A DNA stretch of 64,000 nucleotides. Source: Sphagnum compactum (taxonomy: Eukaryota). A program made the position numbers and the translations under genes. The stretch covers positions 25,534,213-25,598,212 of the forward strand of contig OZ234493.1 of assembly GCA_965153455.1 (NCBI GenBank), read 5' to 3'. Below the pieces are notes generated by a model. That model ran no database searches. It was given only the letters and a program-made list of their open reading frames with translations, and was not told the DNA's origin. This document shows, piece by piece, positions 23,625-37,479 of the stretch. Each line of letters starts with the position of its first letter. The first letter of the stretch is position 1.

Positions 23625-25890
23625 ATCTTCTGTGGTGGAAGCACACCTCCTCTGAAAACATTAGGGGAGGTTTTGACCCCAGAGAAAGGTGGGATCCTCC
23701 AAACTTCCTTGTCAGTGCCCCTCACTTTGGCTACAGCCCTTGTGCCCAGGCACATCAAGACAAGGATCTTATACAAAAGAAACATTCACTTAACCCACTT
23801 TTCAGATTTTGTATCTGACGTCCTATGGAGTCTGGACCTCTTCTGTGGAAGGTATGAGCTTCATGAAAAGCTGATTCTGCCTCATGAGATCCATACAGTA
23901 AAAGAAGGCAAAAATTGACAAGATCTGTCATCAGGAAACTCCATGCAGCATGTGCATCTCCTACTAAGGAAGGCCTTGTTTCCAGGTAGATGAACTAGAG
24001 TCAACTGCCTTTGTTCCCATGCCCTCAAACCATGCGAGGGCTTGGGGAAGAGGTCTTCTTGTAATCAATATACCTGAACCAAGCAAGGTGTGGCTGAAAG
24101 AAAGTAAACCCTGTAAATAGAAATACAAGGATGGGAGCACATCCATCAAAAGTACAAGGCAACGTAGAACACAAGTAGACCCAACCCAAAGAAAAAACAG
24201 AAGCAAACAATTAACAAAAATCAGATAATGACCCTATGCAAAGAGGACTCATGGTTATGAAATGACAATCAACAATAACAAGGCATCACAAACACCCTGG
24301 CCCTGCCAATAGATAGGATGTTGTACATCTACCTACTGTGTCAACACTCTTGAACACCAAAAAAACCCGTTCCAATCTAAACAGTCTAAACACATTCACC
24401 AAAGCAACCGATTTACTTCATGTGAAACCAGTTTTAATAAGGTAAAACTTCCAAAAGTTGGATCCAATGCACACTTCATGGGAGGGCTGTTGCAAATGCG
24501 AATGTTACTTGTCAAGGTTTTACTTTCCTTGTTAGAGTGGTAGATTTAGGGCTGTTAAATCTACTAAGTGCCAATTTGCAATTGGAGTTTTCACATGGTC
24601 TGAAAGACAACAATCTCTCTTTGGATATCGAAATCTGAAATAACTTAAACTTTAGTGCTTCTTCCTTTTTTTGTGAGTAGGCCTGTTTGCTGAAATGGTT
24701 GCTAATTTGCAACACTCTTAGATTTTGGAGGCCACCCTGCGTATTTCAGGTTCAGGGAGTTTCATTTTAGTAGGTATATGGAATCCAGTGTGTCCACCCT
24801 TGGTTAGCTGCATGTTAAGAACTTAAAATAATACAAGAATGGGTCCCATGCTGGGGATATTTCAACTTAGGGTCACTAGATATTCACACACATCATCTTC
24901 TTTTTATGGATTTTGGGTTGACTAATACTCGTCGTATACCCATTAACATCCCCCTCAGCCTCTAACAAAATAAAATGAAAGGAGTGTCCAATATTTATGC
25001 TATGAATTCACAACAACACATGGCAAGAACACAATTAGATTTGCTTAGAAGAATGATTCACATCTGTTACAACTGTACATGTCCATAATTCTTCTTAAAC
25101 AGTGCTCCTACATGATTAAACTATACTAATCATAAATCTTTCATGCATAAGATGGATGCGGGATTTACATTCATTGGGCTATCATGATCTTCTGATGTGG
25201 CATCCCAGGCACACACAACTTATAAATCCCTCTCAGAACATCTTGACTAGCCCCACACAATGTGATAACAGCTCACATTGACTATTCCATACTCACAAAT
25301 TGGGAAGAGCAAAAATTCTCAACCTCCCAGGAACACCACCAATTGAAACTTCACATAACAAATGAATTACTAAAATATAGAAACTATACTCAAAGCTCCC
25401 AGATTGCTCCCAGATTGCTCCGTATTCGACCTCCTCACACATGCACAACATTTTAAATTCTCTAAAGACATTCAAGTATACTTAACTTGAACCACAGATG
25501 CCATAAACAAATCAGCTTGCATTGATTCCCTCCCTAGAGTGTCTCATCAACTCCACCCATCAACTCCACCCATGCCTCGAAGGATTCCATCTACCTCCAA
25601 CTTCCTAATTATCAAATCCCTTGTGTAGTAGATATTTCAGAGATTGATGCATGGGTCAACTGAAATTGATAGCATTGCATTTGTCCCATCAATGTGACTA
25701 CAACATGAAAACAAATCATTCCAAAAAAAAACACAAAATGTATAAAAATACTTAATCATTGTCACTTCTTATCCCCGTCATCCAAAGTCTCTGCTCCATC
25801 ATATGCACCAACCACATCCACACACACAAAAAAATAAAACAAAACAAACACCAAAATAATCTCAAAATTTTGCATCTTCATATATCAACA

Positions 25891-26281
25891 CCATCTCCAT
25901 TACTGATCCACAAATCATCAAGCACTCAACTGAATGATAAAATATGAAGTAAACGGTGGTTTTCGACCATCTCCATTACTGATCCACAAATCATCAAGCA
26001 CTAAACTGAATGATAAAATATGAAGTAAAAAGGTGGTTTTCAACCATCTCCATTACTGATCCACACAAATAATCAAGCACTCAACTGAATGACAAAGTAT
26101 GAAGTAAACGGTGGTTTTCGACCATCTCCATTACTGATCCACACAAATCATCAAACACTCAACTGAATGACGAAATATGAAGTAAAAAGGTGGTTTTCGA
26201 CCATCTCCATTACTGATCCACACAAATCATCAAGCACTCAACTGAATGATAAAATATGAAGTAAAAAGGTAGTTTTTGACC
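25891..26281. repeat. Minisatellite, 5 copies of 76-79 bp
   Basis: Unit ccatctccattactgatccac(ac)aaatcatcaagcactcaactgaatgataaaatatgaagtaaa(c/aa)ggtggttttcga; starts at 25891, 25967, 26044, 26122, 26201. Confidence 0.96.
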
Positions 26282-29258
26282 CTTAGACTAAGACAAGTAC
26301 GTCACCTTTTTCACACCAGAAACCCTAACAAGCCCACACTTGTGTGTGAGATCATGTGATTTTAAAGGGTAAGTGACTTAAAGGGCTTTGCTGACACCTG
26401 TTCCAGAGTGTGTTGTCCAATGACAACTTACATTTCAACTACACTTGACCATCTGGAGTCAGCAGATGGCTGGCTGGCTGGCTGGCTGTCCCAAATAGGA
26501 AAAAGCCTGAACAAAAGTGCCTGAATTTGACACCTAAACCGATTATGTACTTATGAAACTAGCCACCTGGGCTCTGGGTGGTAATGGGTTTAGGGTTTTA
26601 AGTTGTTTGTTTTAAGGTTGACTAAGGGTTGCATTAATGAAAAAAAAAAAATTGTAATTTTTTTTTGTGTAATTTTGCAAAAGAAGTTTGAGAAAACAAA
26701 ACACTGGGAAAAAAAAAAATTATTTTCTCAAAAATGTACAATTATGCAAAAATTATTTTGCCACTTTGGTGAAATGAAAAAATGCTTTTTGATCAATAGA
26801 AAGAAAAGAAAAGCCTTGGCACAAACCAGCACCCTACTACAACAATAGGTACGATTGCAAACACCAGTAGTGTGCGGTTCTTTGATTTTGTTAATAACCA
26901 ACTGGGTGGGTTCAGTTGTTGAATTCTTTCAGAAATCGAAGAACCTCCAGGTTTTGAAAAATTATTCAAAGAACCACGGGGTTTCACAAATGGAACCGGC
27001 AAATATAACCAACGAACGACACGGGATAGGTCTTCTGACCAGGTTCTTTGGTCTTTTTTTAACCCTGGTTGTAAGGGTCCAAACTGATTGTATCATGATT
27101 TTTGTGAACCAGTTCTTTCAAGAGTATACTTATACCCTACCCTTTATTCATGCATTCCAGGTTGCCAAAAAGAGAGAACCTCCCAACACGGATCAAAAGA
27201 AAAATCCCCCAAAAAATTTTGGTTGAATTCCAAACTGGAGGTGTTTTTTTTTCCAATTATTTTGTGATGTTGCTGAAATGGTAATCATCCATAAGAACAT
27301 TTAGCCCACCAAAATACGATAGTAGAAACATCTTAAGCACAGCACTCTTATAACATATGTAGGCAGATGTGGGAATTATTCGGTGGAACTTTTTGTCCAT
27401 ATAAACAGGGAATTTGTGAGAAAATCATTTCCTTTTTCAAAATATTTCTGACAAAATATCCAAAATTCGTCCCAAAAAAATTCACTATTCCAATCATCAG
27501 AAATATCCCAATCCTTAGACACGACAAAATGATGGTCTCGGAGTCCAAATTTTACTTTACCGAGGTTAAATATAGCCATTATTAACAGGCCTGACAGAAC
27601 CAAGAAGGTGAAGAAGGGTACCAAGTGTAGGTAGGTGCTGGTTCACTTTGGGCCATAGAAAAGCCCCTTCATAGAGGTAATATAAGTGTACTAAAACCAC
27701 CAGCTCCTCAATTAGAGGCTCCTTTGTTCCTAAACCCTAAATAGAAAAGAAAAGAGCTTCAGGTCTAGTAAGTCCCCGATAGCCTAACCTCACTAGGTGC
27801 CAAATTGAAAGCTCCCCAAAGGGTCCTATAAATGGTGAAACTCAGAAAACCTTCAATTTTGGTGGTAAACTGAGTTTCATCCCGTCTTTCCTTCTTCCCT
27901 GTTATGAGTACTTATGACTTATGAGAAACCCTAAAAATAAATTTTATTTTTTTAATTGGCCTTGCCTACCAAGGCAAAAAGGATATTGTGTTTAGATTCA
28001 TTCTAGAGTATAGTAGCTTAAGGGATTTTTAATAGGCCCCTATGTAATTAATAATAGGTCTTTTTTTTATATGAGGATTTTTTGAAACATGATATATATA
28101 TTTTTGGCTTGTGTTGAAACTTGGGATTAGTTCCAGAGTTATAATATGCTCTTGAAGGATTTTTAGTTTCTTTTAGAGGATTTTTTTGGAAGATTAATAT
28201 ATTTTTGCATGGTGAAATTATATTTGAGTTTCCATAATTCTTCTTCTTTTGCCTTAATAAGATACTTTTTCATGTAAATGGCAAGGCCACAGTGTGACTT
28301 GACACACCCCTTATTTTTATAAAAATAGAGAATTTGTGACAGAATAGCCTTTTTTTAAAATTTTGAGGTCGAAAAGTTTTGCCCAAAAAAAAAAACAACT
28401 GGCCTAGACACTGTCATGTAGAATTAGTAGGTAATAGCCAGTATTGTGCAGGTAGGTAGGTATATATGGTATTTACAACCTAGGTATATTGTACTGGTAT
28501 GAGTACTGGTATTGAAGAACATACCAGCCGGGTATGACCTGAGACAGTACCAGCCTTATTATACCAGTGTCAATACTAGGTTTATATTTTATACCCTGAT
28601 TTTCTTTTGGTCAATTTTTGTGATGTATCGGAAGTGGCTATCATCTGCTGGAAGATTTCGCCAGATTTGGCTAAAAGCTAAATATGAAGAAAATTTGAGA
28701 AATTAAACACCCTTCTATAATTCTCAGCTATATCGCCAGATTTCGACTTATAGTTATTGAAAATGTCAAAAACCTCTTAATTTTAGCACTTTAAATGTTT
28801 TAAATTTTCTATTTTTGGCTATACCTAGCCAGCCAAAAAAAGGCTGGGACTCATCATTAAATAGGTCGGTTGAAAGGTTATGTAAACCCGGGGTGCATGA
28901 TTATGACCGTTGATTTGCCACTGCCTCCTTCAATAGCCGTCCGCTCGCCCCGCCCGTATCTTCGCACCTCTGCATTTGCCCTCTACTTTGGTTTGGTTTG
29001 CTTCTGCTTCGCTTGGCTTGCCGCAGCGAGGTGAGAGGAGGCGGAGGAGCTGGCGGAGAGCAGCAGAAAAGAGGGAGGAGCTCGAGGAGCGGGAAGCAAG
29101 AGAAAGAGTACTAGTTAGTTGTACTAGTGATGATCTTTAGATGATGTAATGAGTGGTGTTCTCTTTCTATTGTTGTCGCCGCTGCTTCATTGGCCCTTCT
29201 TGCAGCAGCAGCAGCAGCATTGCTGCATTTTGTTATTGTTTTCTTTTTCTTTCCCATA

Positions 29259-32180
29259 ATGCCTCGCGCGCCAGCTGCGGGTCCCGCGTCGTGGTTGTTG
29301 TTGCAGCAGCTGCCGGTTATCGCCGCCGTCGTCGCGATCTGTTGTTTCTCGCTCGTCTGCTTGCTCTTCTCCTCTCTTGCAGGTCAGTCAGGGAGTTCCG
29401 CCGGTTTGGTCTTCTTCTTCTTCTTCTTCTCTCACATGCCTTTCTTTTGGTCATTTTGGTTTTTTTTTGTTGTTCTTGGTGTGTTACCTTGCTGTTTACG
29501 CTTGCCTGCTTCTTTTCGAGCTTTTTTTCCGGCGAGAGATTTGTATCTTGTGCGCCTCTCCGTGTTGTGCGGAATTAGCAGACAATCTGGTTTGAGTGCC
29601 ATGATGCTGGATACTTCCTGAAAGCTCTGCAGGTTTACCTGTAGAGTGGATTTTGTGCATCTTCCTTTGAAGCGTGGACCTAGTACATTACCACACAGTA
29701 AACGCTGATGAGAGAAGGGCAGCATAAGAAAAGTCTGAAGGCCAGGGAGAGTCCTTGAAATTCAGACCTGGGATTCTCTGCTGTGGGGAAACCATTCTCT
29801 GCTGCCCCTTGTGTGCTACGAGTCTAGTGTAAAGGTTGACGATTTGCAATAAGTAGGACAAGTGCCTTCAGCTTCTTTTCTGCAGCTTCAATCTGCCATA
29901 CTGGGCTGGAAATGTCCAGTTTTTCCCAGGTCTTGTTTGTAGCCTTTGGACCTGCTTGCTTAGCCTGGCAAGATGATGGATCCCTTCCCTGATGCATGCC
30001 ATGTTTCTCCAGCTTGTGTGTATTGGAAGCTACTAGGATGTGCATGAGTGCAGAGAGATTGAAACTTTCAAAGTTAGTTATCTATCTTTCTGTGCAACTC
30101 ATGTGGTAAGCTCCACTTTGGCTATGTTTGCACGCAGGCAGCAATTTGCATTCTGAGTTTAAAGCATTTGAAGAAACAGTGAAGGTCTACAATGCAAAGC
30201 CTAACCTTAACACTTCTTTGTTTGTGCAGATGCTACCTCCATTGGTGCAGTGTATGGGCGAAATGGGAACAACATACCAACACCACAGCAAGCAGCACAA
30301 CTGATGCACAAGAACGTACTTACAAGAGTTAGAATCTATGACTATGATGCAACTGTGATTCAAGCTTTTTCACTCACACAGATTAGGGTAATCATTGGAG
30401 TCCCCAATGACGAGATACCAGGCATTGCAGGTTCACAGCAATTGGCAAATAGCTGGATTCTTGACAATGTGGCTGCATACATTAAGACAACAAACATCAA
30501 TGCCATAGCTGTGGGCTCTGATGTGCCCACCACTGCAAGCAATATCTCCTCATATCTTGTCCCAGCAATGTGGAATCTGTACAATGGGCTGGCAACTTAT
30601 TCGCTGAATCTATCAGTTAAGGTGTCTTCCCCAATGAATTTGGAAATTTTGGAGATTTCTTATCCACCTTCTGCTGGTGTGTTCTATAGCAGCCTTGTCC
30701 CAGTACTACAGCCAATGTTGGCCTTTCTTGCAGCAACCGATTCCTTTTTCATGCTCAATGTCTATCCATTCCTGTCATATGAGTACAATCCCAATAGCAT
30801 CCCTTTGAACTATGCCGTGTTCAATTTCCCTTCAGGTGTCCTGGATACAGGCAGTAATCTCACTTATTACAGTTTATATGATGCTCAAGTTGATGCACTC
30901 ATCTCTGCCATTTCAGCACTCAATTATAGTTCTCTCACAGTGATGATAACAGAGACTGGGTGGCCTTCAGCAGGGGCTTCATCTGAGCCTGCAGCAAACT
31001 ATTACAATGCCAATGCCTACCTCTCCAACCTGGTGAGGCTCACTCAAACTAGTGCTGGGACACCTTTAAGACCTGGACAGGAGATTGATGCATACATCTA
31101 TGACCTCTATGACGAAGATTTGAATGCAGGACATGATTCAAACCAACACTTTGGGCTCTTTTATGCAAATGGAACCAGTAAGTATGATATTGATTTTGTT
31201 ACTGGGAATTCTGGAAATGGATCACCATCTGGGCCAGTTGCAGGACCAGGGGGATCAGGATCAGGTGGGGGCAATGGATCAGGGTCAGGTGGGGGCAATG
31301 GATCAGGGTCAGGTGGAGGCAGTGGATCAGGGTCAGGTGGGGGCAGTACATCACCACCAAGCAGCAGCTTGGTGTGGTGTGTGGCAAAGCCTGATGCAAC
31401 TAACAGTAGCTTGCAACAGGCCTTGGACTGGGCATGTGGGCCAGGCCTAGCTAATTGTGGCCCTATTCGACCAGGAGGGGCCTGCTATTTACCTGACACT
31501 GTACAATCACATGCTTCATACGCGTTTAACATTCACTACTACTATTTCCAAACAGACCCAAGGTCGTGTATTTTTGGTGGTGATGCAGAGCTGACAAATG
31601 TTGACCCCAGTGAGTATTTTGAACTCTCAAGTCCTGGGGGTCACTTTGGTTTATGGGAGATGATAATGAGTGTTTCAGATTTCGCTTTCTGCATCATGCA
31701 ATGTCATTTCTAGACATCAGCTGTTCTCTTAAACACACTTGTTGGTTTTGCAGGCTATGGGTCATGCATTTATGTGGCAAGGTACTTCCTTCTTCTATCT
31801 CTGGCATATGTAAATTCATGAAATGGAAACTCTATCACACTTCAATTTTGTGGGAAGAACTGGTTAGTACAATGATTTAATCTTGGTGGTCTAAGCAGCC
31901 AGTGTTTTTTGTCAGTACAGGCCAAGTGCATTTTAAGCTCATGTTGGGGAGCTGGATGAGAATTTGCTTGTAGCAAGTTTGTGAGGGTTCTGCAGATGTG
32001 AAATAGTAGCAGCAGCTCAATTTCCAAGCCCCCACAGTAGTGATAGTGGATATATAGACGATGACTGATTAGTTTGTGTCCCTCTGCAGCCAAGCAACTC
32101 ATCTTGAGGGATCACCATTCACATGGTGCTGCTGGATTATTGTCACTTTGTGGTTGCAACTTTGGTACTCCTTCCACTAG
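29259..32180 (+). CDS. Glucan endo-1,3-beta-glucosidase-like protein (GH17, Gly/Ser linker, X8 domain, putative GPI signal), ~540 aa
   Basis: Exons 29259-29382 (signal peptide), 30230-31609 (IGAVYGRNGNN, VRIYD, NVYPF, ITETGWPS, HFGLF, then X8 WCVAK…ALDWACG…HASYAFN), 31754-31781 (SYGSCIY) and a less certain 32090-32180 (hydrophobic tail …WCCWIIVTLWLQLWYSFH*). Confidence 0.88.
31250..31347 (+). repeat. Coding 24-bp repeat encoding a (GSGSGGG[N/S]) linker
   Basis: ggatcagggtcaggtgggggcaat occurs about 4 times between the GH17 and X8 domains. Confidence 0.9.
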
Positions 32181-35100
32181 TGCAGTATCAGTGACATAGC
32201 CCGAGGTTCTTATTTCACTTTTGGAAGGTTTAGAAGGGTAGCCACATTGTTGTGGTTTACTTTCATGTGGTGTGGGAAGTATCCACTTGCTACTCTTGAC
32301 CTTATCTTTCACAGAACATCCAGGTAAATTTGGCTATGCATGCATAAATTCTTGAGGCTGATAGTGACAAGAGACCTTGACATTACACACCAAAGCCCCA
32401 TGATATTTATCTTATTAATGGCATTGGTGATGAGGGTGCTAAGCATGCTCTCATTTTGGGAGGTGACTCCTATCAAACATTCATCGAAACAATGTCCCAG
32501 TGGTTACAGAGACTCTTTCTGAGAATGAAGCCAGTGTTTGGGTTGTGATGAACGATCCATTAGTATATTTACAGAGAGAGAGAAAAAGGGAACTTCAGGG
32601 TTCAGAATTTGGAAAAACTTCCAGAATTTGAACAGCAGATACTCCAAATATAAACAGCCTGAAGGGAAGTGAAACCCAAGGTTTAGAAGACGGGTCGTTT
32701 AGGTGTGAAACATAGCTACCCATTGACTTTCATTAATTTAGTGTAAGATCAAGGTTGTCCTCTGTAAAGAGATATGGGATTGTAGGTGGAGTTATTGAAA
32801 GTTTTAGTAAGGTCTGAGATTTGGAGGTTTTTGAGGGAAGGTTTATTCTCCTGCACTCTATTCCTGCCTCACATTTTTGAACAAAGTGATGATTTGAATG
32901 TCCATTTATTACACTGTCTTGCAAACTGCTATAGCCGTTCTTAAGTGGGAACTGTGTGTTGTGTTTTATCTTGGTTCATCATGGTTGAAGGCAGATGGCA
33001 TCAACACCAGAATCAACTTTGCACACTAGCAGAAGAGCTACATCATTCAAGGTCTGGACTTGGCAGAGAGTTGAGTTACCTGAAATTTTTGGATTGTCTT
33101 TGCCTGGCTGGTGCTTGAAATGTTTTTCTTCAAGTTTCAAGTATGTGGGTCAATTCCAATTGCAAGATTTCATCTGTGTTGTGTGGAAAAGCAACAGTCT
33201 TTCAGCAACTAGTGTCCAGAAGGTTTTAATACTAATTTTTCCCATGACAAATCACCCTCCACTATTGTTGTTGTATTGTGTCTGGTTTGCAAGCTAATCC
33301 AGTCCTTGCATACCTTGGATATGGTTTGTACATACAACACAAGAAAACATAATATTGTGTATGAATGAATTTTTCTGTTTTGTTTTAATGGGGATGGGAT
33401 TATAGGGTTGGGAGTCAATTAATAAATCTCTTTTGTTTAAAATGCATTGATGATTTTATTTAGCAATGAATTGGCCTTCATTGCAATCAATCCATCTAAG
33501 AGAGAAACAATATTACCTTGGAAGTTAGTTGCCATTCGTCTGTTTGGCTTTTGGGGGTTGGATCCATTATAATTTTCAAATGAGACAATTGCATGAAATG
33601 GGCATTTGTTACTTTTCTAGAGTAGAAAATATCCCATTTGCTAGCCCAAATATAAACCATGACAATGCAATTTGTACATGGACATAATTGGGAATCTTCT
33701 CTTTGGTATATAATCCTTTGGAAAGGAGAATATGACAAACATGTGATATTAACTTTAGGCTTCTAGTAAATGAAGTTATCTTTACCCTAGAGAATTCAAC
33801 CAATATCCTTGTTGCTCATGTTACATCAATCGTGTTGCTTTTGCTTGATGTGCGTTATTTGTCAAAGGTGTCGGTTTTTCCATCCTAACAAGGTTCTGTG
33901 AACATGGCTGTTTAGGATATGTATGAGACACAAAGTGATGTTGGAGGAATTTAATAAAGCTGTTACCGGTTACCATATTTAAAAGAGCATACCAAAGGAC
34001 CAAGCAAATGAGCAAGTGAATGAGAGCTACAAAATGATTCTTACATCTTATGAAGTGGCATTGTGCAAATTGGAGGAAAATACAACATTTTGCAAATGTT
34101 TTGCAAATGGACAAATGGATCAAACTTGTAAATGAATTTTATGGTGGTTGTAGAATTGGATAAAAGACGAATTTGTTCTTATTTAATTGAAGTTATGTTT
34201 ACAACAACACTAGATAGTATCACCTTATATCACCTTATGGGTGAGATTGGCACTTTCTCCACATTATTGATATGGGTTTTATACTTTGTGGCAATGCATC
34301 CTATTTTGGAAGTTCATGGTTTGGTGGTGTAACAATGAATATAGGGTAGGCTTCATATATTTCAAATACCTTGGTTTCAAGTCTTGGTCTTCTTTTTTCA
34401 ATATAAAAGTTCATACGATTAAATTCGTTGTTGGAGTTTCTTAAAATGAGGCAACATGAAAATTCAAATCGATATGTTCAATTTCAATTAGTAGACATGT
34501 ATTTATTTAGGGAATGTGGAATGTCGTGCAAGAGTGTTGGAGGCAATTGTCACTATGATGTCACAAAAGCCTCACATATCTTTGTTTCATAATTTTGTTG
34601 ACTTCTTTTTACCTTGTTGATCATTATGTTGTATAATTTTTGGTGTGTTTTTTTTTTATGTCATTTTTTTTTTTCCGAGTGACATGTTTTTCTTTCACTT
34701 TGTGTTTTAGGGCCACTAAGTTTAATTTGTTATTGATTTTTGAATTTTAATGTAATGTAGTTTAAGCTTTGAAAAAGTTCACAACTTTTTTGTTTAACTC
34801 GCAAACGAGGTATGTCGTGTATGTCCATTTTTATTTATCTTTTTTTTAAAAATTACTTTAGTGAAGGAAATTTTTTATTTTTAAGATTTATTTTTCAAAA
34901 ATGTTGTTTTTAATTACTTTTTTAATTTTGAGTTATGTAGTGGTTTTTTCTTTTTTTGGTTAGTGTTTTAATTATTCTTTATGTTGTACATTGTAGGTAG
35001 GATCTTGTTAGAAATAAATTTAGATACTTTATGTTGAAGATATCAATTTTTCATTTTTCAACTTAAATTTAAATTGATTTTTTTAATTGATTGATTAAAA

Positions 35101-35239
35101 GAAAATTGATGTGTGATGTGATGGGGTTTTACATATTTGTTTTTTTTTAAATTCATAACATAACAAATATGTAATTTTTTGTGCCTTGTGGTCATTCTAA
35201 TATATATATTCCTACTAACTTGGGTGTTTAATGTTATTA

Positions 35240-35434
35240 TGGTGAATTCACACTTGATGTCAAGTCAATGTAAAATGAAAATCTAGGTGGCACCCAATTT
35301 AAATGGGTCGTAGCTCAATGTTAAATGAATGTTAAATTAATATAAAATTTTCATGCCAACTAGGTTTAAATCCTAAATGGCTAGCATGGTGTTATGGGAT
35401 TCTAAAGACCCTCACACCAAGTGTGAATGCACCT
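35240..35434. mobile_element. Tourist-like (PIF/Harbinger) MITE, 195 bp, with TIRs and TTA target-site duplication
   Basis: TTA|TGGTGAATTCACACTTGATGT…ACACCAAGTGTGAATGCACCT|TTA, with the TSD at 35237-35239 and 35435-35437. Confidence 0.8.
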
Positions 35435-36375
35435 TTAATCTTATAAATTATTGGTGTGTGAATTTAAATTTTTTTTTTCAAATGGTTAATCTTACTATCT
35501 TTGATTATCTTCCCTTTTATATTGTTTAAAACATTACTTGAAAGGAGTGTGTTTTAATGAAAGCAAACTTTGGACACGACTTTCATTAAATTTCAACAAA
35601 ATTACAAAAGTCTTAAGAAAATTGAAATAAAAAAGTTTAATATTATTGAAACTATTGCTAAATGTATTATAAGTTTAAATGCAATATTTATATTATAATA
35701 GTTTCATTATTTTTTTAATTTTGTGATTACAAATATGCGTGTTCATTTTAAATGTGATATGAGATGTTGTTTTGTAAGAATGAAAAATTTCAAATATTCA
35801 TGTTATTGAATTCGTGTTCATAACATGTCACTGCTACATTCCATAATACACACAAATATTGAAACCATCAATGTAAACATTCAAAAAATTTGTCGTTGAA
35901 AATCAATAATGGATTGTCATTTATTATGTTAACATTGCTATAACAAATTGGTTTTTTCTCAAATGTATGAAATATTTGAATTGCATAAGACAAATAAATC
36001 ATTAAATACATTTGAAAAATTATGTTATTAATTAATTAATTTTTGTACTATGAAAAAAATCATGATGTGTTTATATAATTGAATTTATTTCCACACATTT
36101 AGTATCACAAAAGGTAAATTTATTTCAAATATTTCTCCTACAATGAAATAAATGTAATATTAAACAAAATCATTAAATATATTTTATTTTGATTTTCATC
36201 ATTTAAATAAATAAATAAAAGGTTGCATATTTTTAAATATGAACATTTAGAGCACCGTATATTTAAAATCATTAATATCGTTAATATCATTCATTTTGTG
36301 TGCATGTGTATGATGAAACAAAATTAATTGAAAAATATGTTTAGAAAATTGATAGTGTGACAACATTTTTGATAC

Positions 36376-37320
36376 AGCTGCAGATTCGATCGTTCATTGT
36401 CGTCTAACAAAAGATCAAAATTGGGCTCCTCGAGGACCTGTTGATCGGTATGTTCAAAGTCAAGGGCATCATTGAGATCGATGATGACAGGGAAGAGATT
36501 GAAAACAAGTTCTACATTGATGACGATTGGTGCGTTGAGCACTAGCACATCATTGAGCACATTAAAAATTAAGGGTCGTTCAGCCAGGAATGCTACACGG
36601 GCCTCGATGAGGACAACTGGAAGGACATGGTGTTGTAGATTGTCCAGTTCGTCGTGTTCGTTGTCACCAAATGTGACCGCGTCAAGGTCGAACGAGACGA
36701 CAACAACAATGCGAGCGAGTTCAACACATCACCTGGTGTGCCACATGAGCTCGTCAAGGTGGCGCCGCAACACTTCATTTCGACGTATTAAATGTGTATT
36801 AGCCCCATCTTGATCGCTTTTGGTCCGAAAAGGAGATCGACGAGATTGAGGCCGAATAGCATGACCTAATCAGGCGGTACAACAATGACCAACACATCAA
36901 GTAGATCATCGACTCGTACAAGCACACGGTGTCTTTCAATGAGGCGTGGGACAAGATTGACGTCCTTTTCAATCGGTTGCGCCAATTCTGCATCGAGCTG
37001 ACGATGGTGTTCCCGAACATGACGTCGGTCAAGTCAAATTTCTCCATTTTGAAATGGGAAAAGGACGACAATCGTTCATCCATGACCGATTTGACGTTGA
37101 AAGGAATATTCCAATGTAAGCAAATGAATCAGATTCCGATCCTGTACCCGTCGAACGTTGCCCATCCATGCGCTACAACAATAAACGACACTTTCTTGCC
37201 CTAGGGGCATCGCAATCATAAAGATCCATAGATGTGCACAACTTTGACCGAGACGGTGCGCACAAATTAGCTTATTTTGTTTGATTTGTGCGAACACACA
37301 AATTTATGAGGCTTAGCTAG
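36376..37320 (+). mobile_element. Decayed hAT-like transposase C-terminal region
   Basis: GC/CpG-rich island in AT-rich DNA. Frameshifted reading gives VKVERDDNNN…PGVPHELVK, then SFNEAWD…FNRLRQFC…FPNMTSVKSNFSILKWEKDDNRSSMTDLTLKGIF, resembling the hAT dimerisation motif (xxSVERxFS…R..L). Confidence 0.55.
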
Positions 37321-37479
37321 ATAAGACTACACTTTAATGTGATTTCACCTTTGTTATGAACATGTGAAAATTGAAGCTTGATAGATTGATTCAAGGGCAA
37401 CAATTCCTACAACCATTCCTAAACTTCAACAATGACTAAATTGGTGGGCTAAGAACTTAATATAATTGGCATACTACCA

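Noticed and set aside
23454..23918. 154-aa ORF
   Set aside because: Starts in antisense 16S sequence and runs into unrelated flank; no recognisable domain.
32995..33297. Alternative last exon for the GH17 gene
   Set aside because: The phase-compatible reading is not convincingly GPI-like; 32090-32180 fits better. It remains possible without transcript data.
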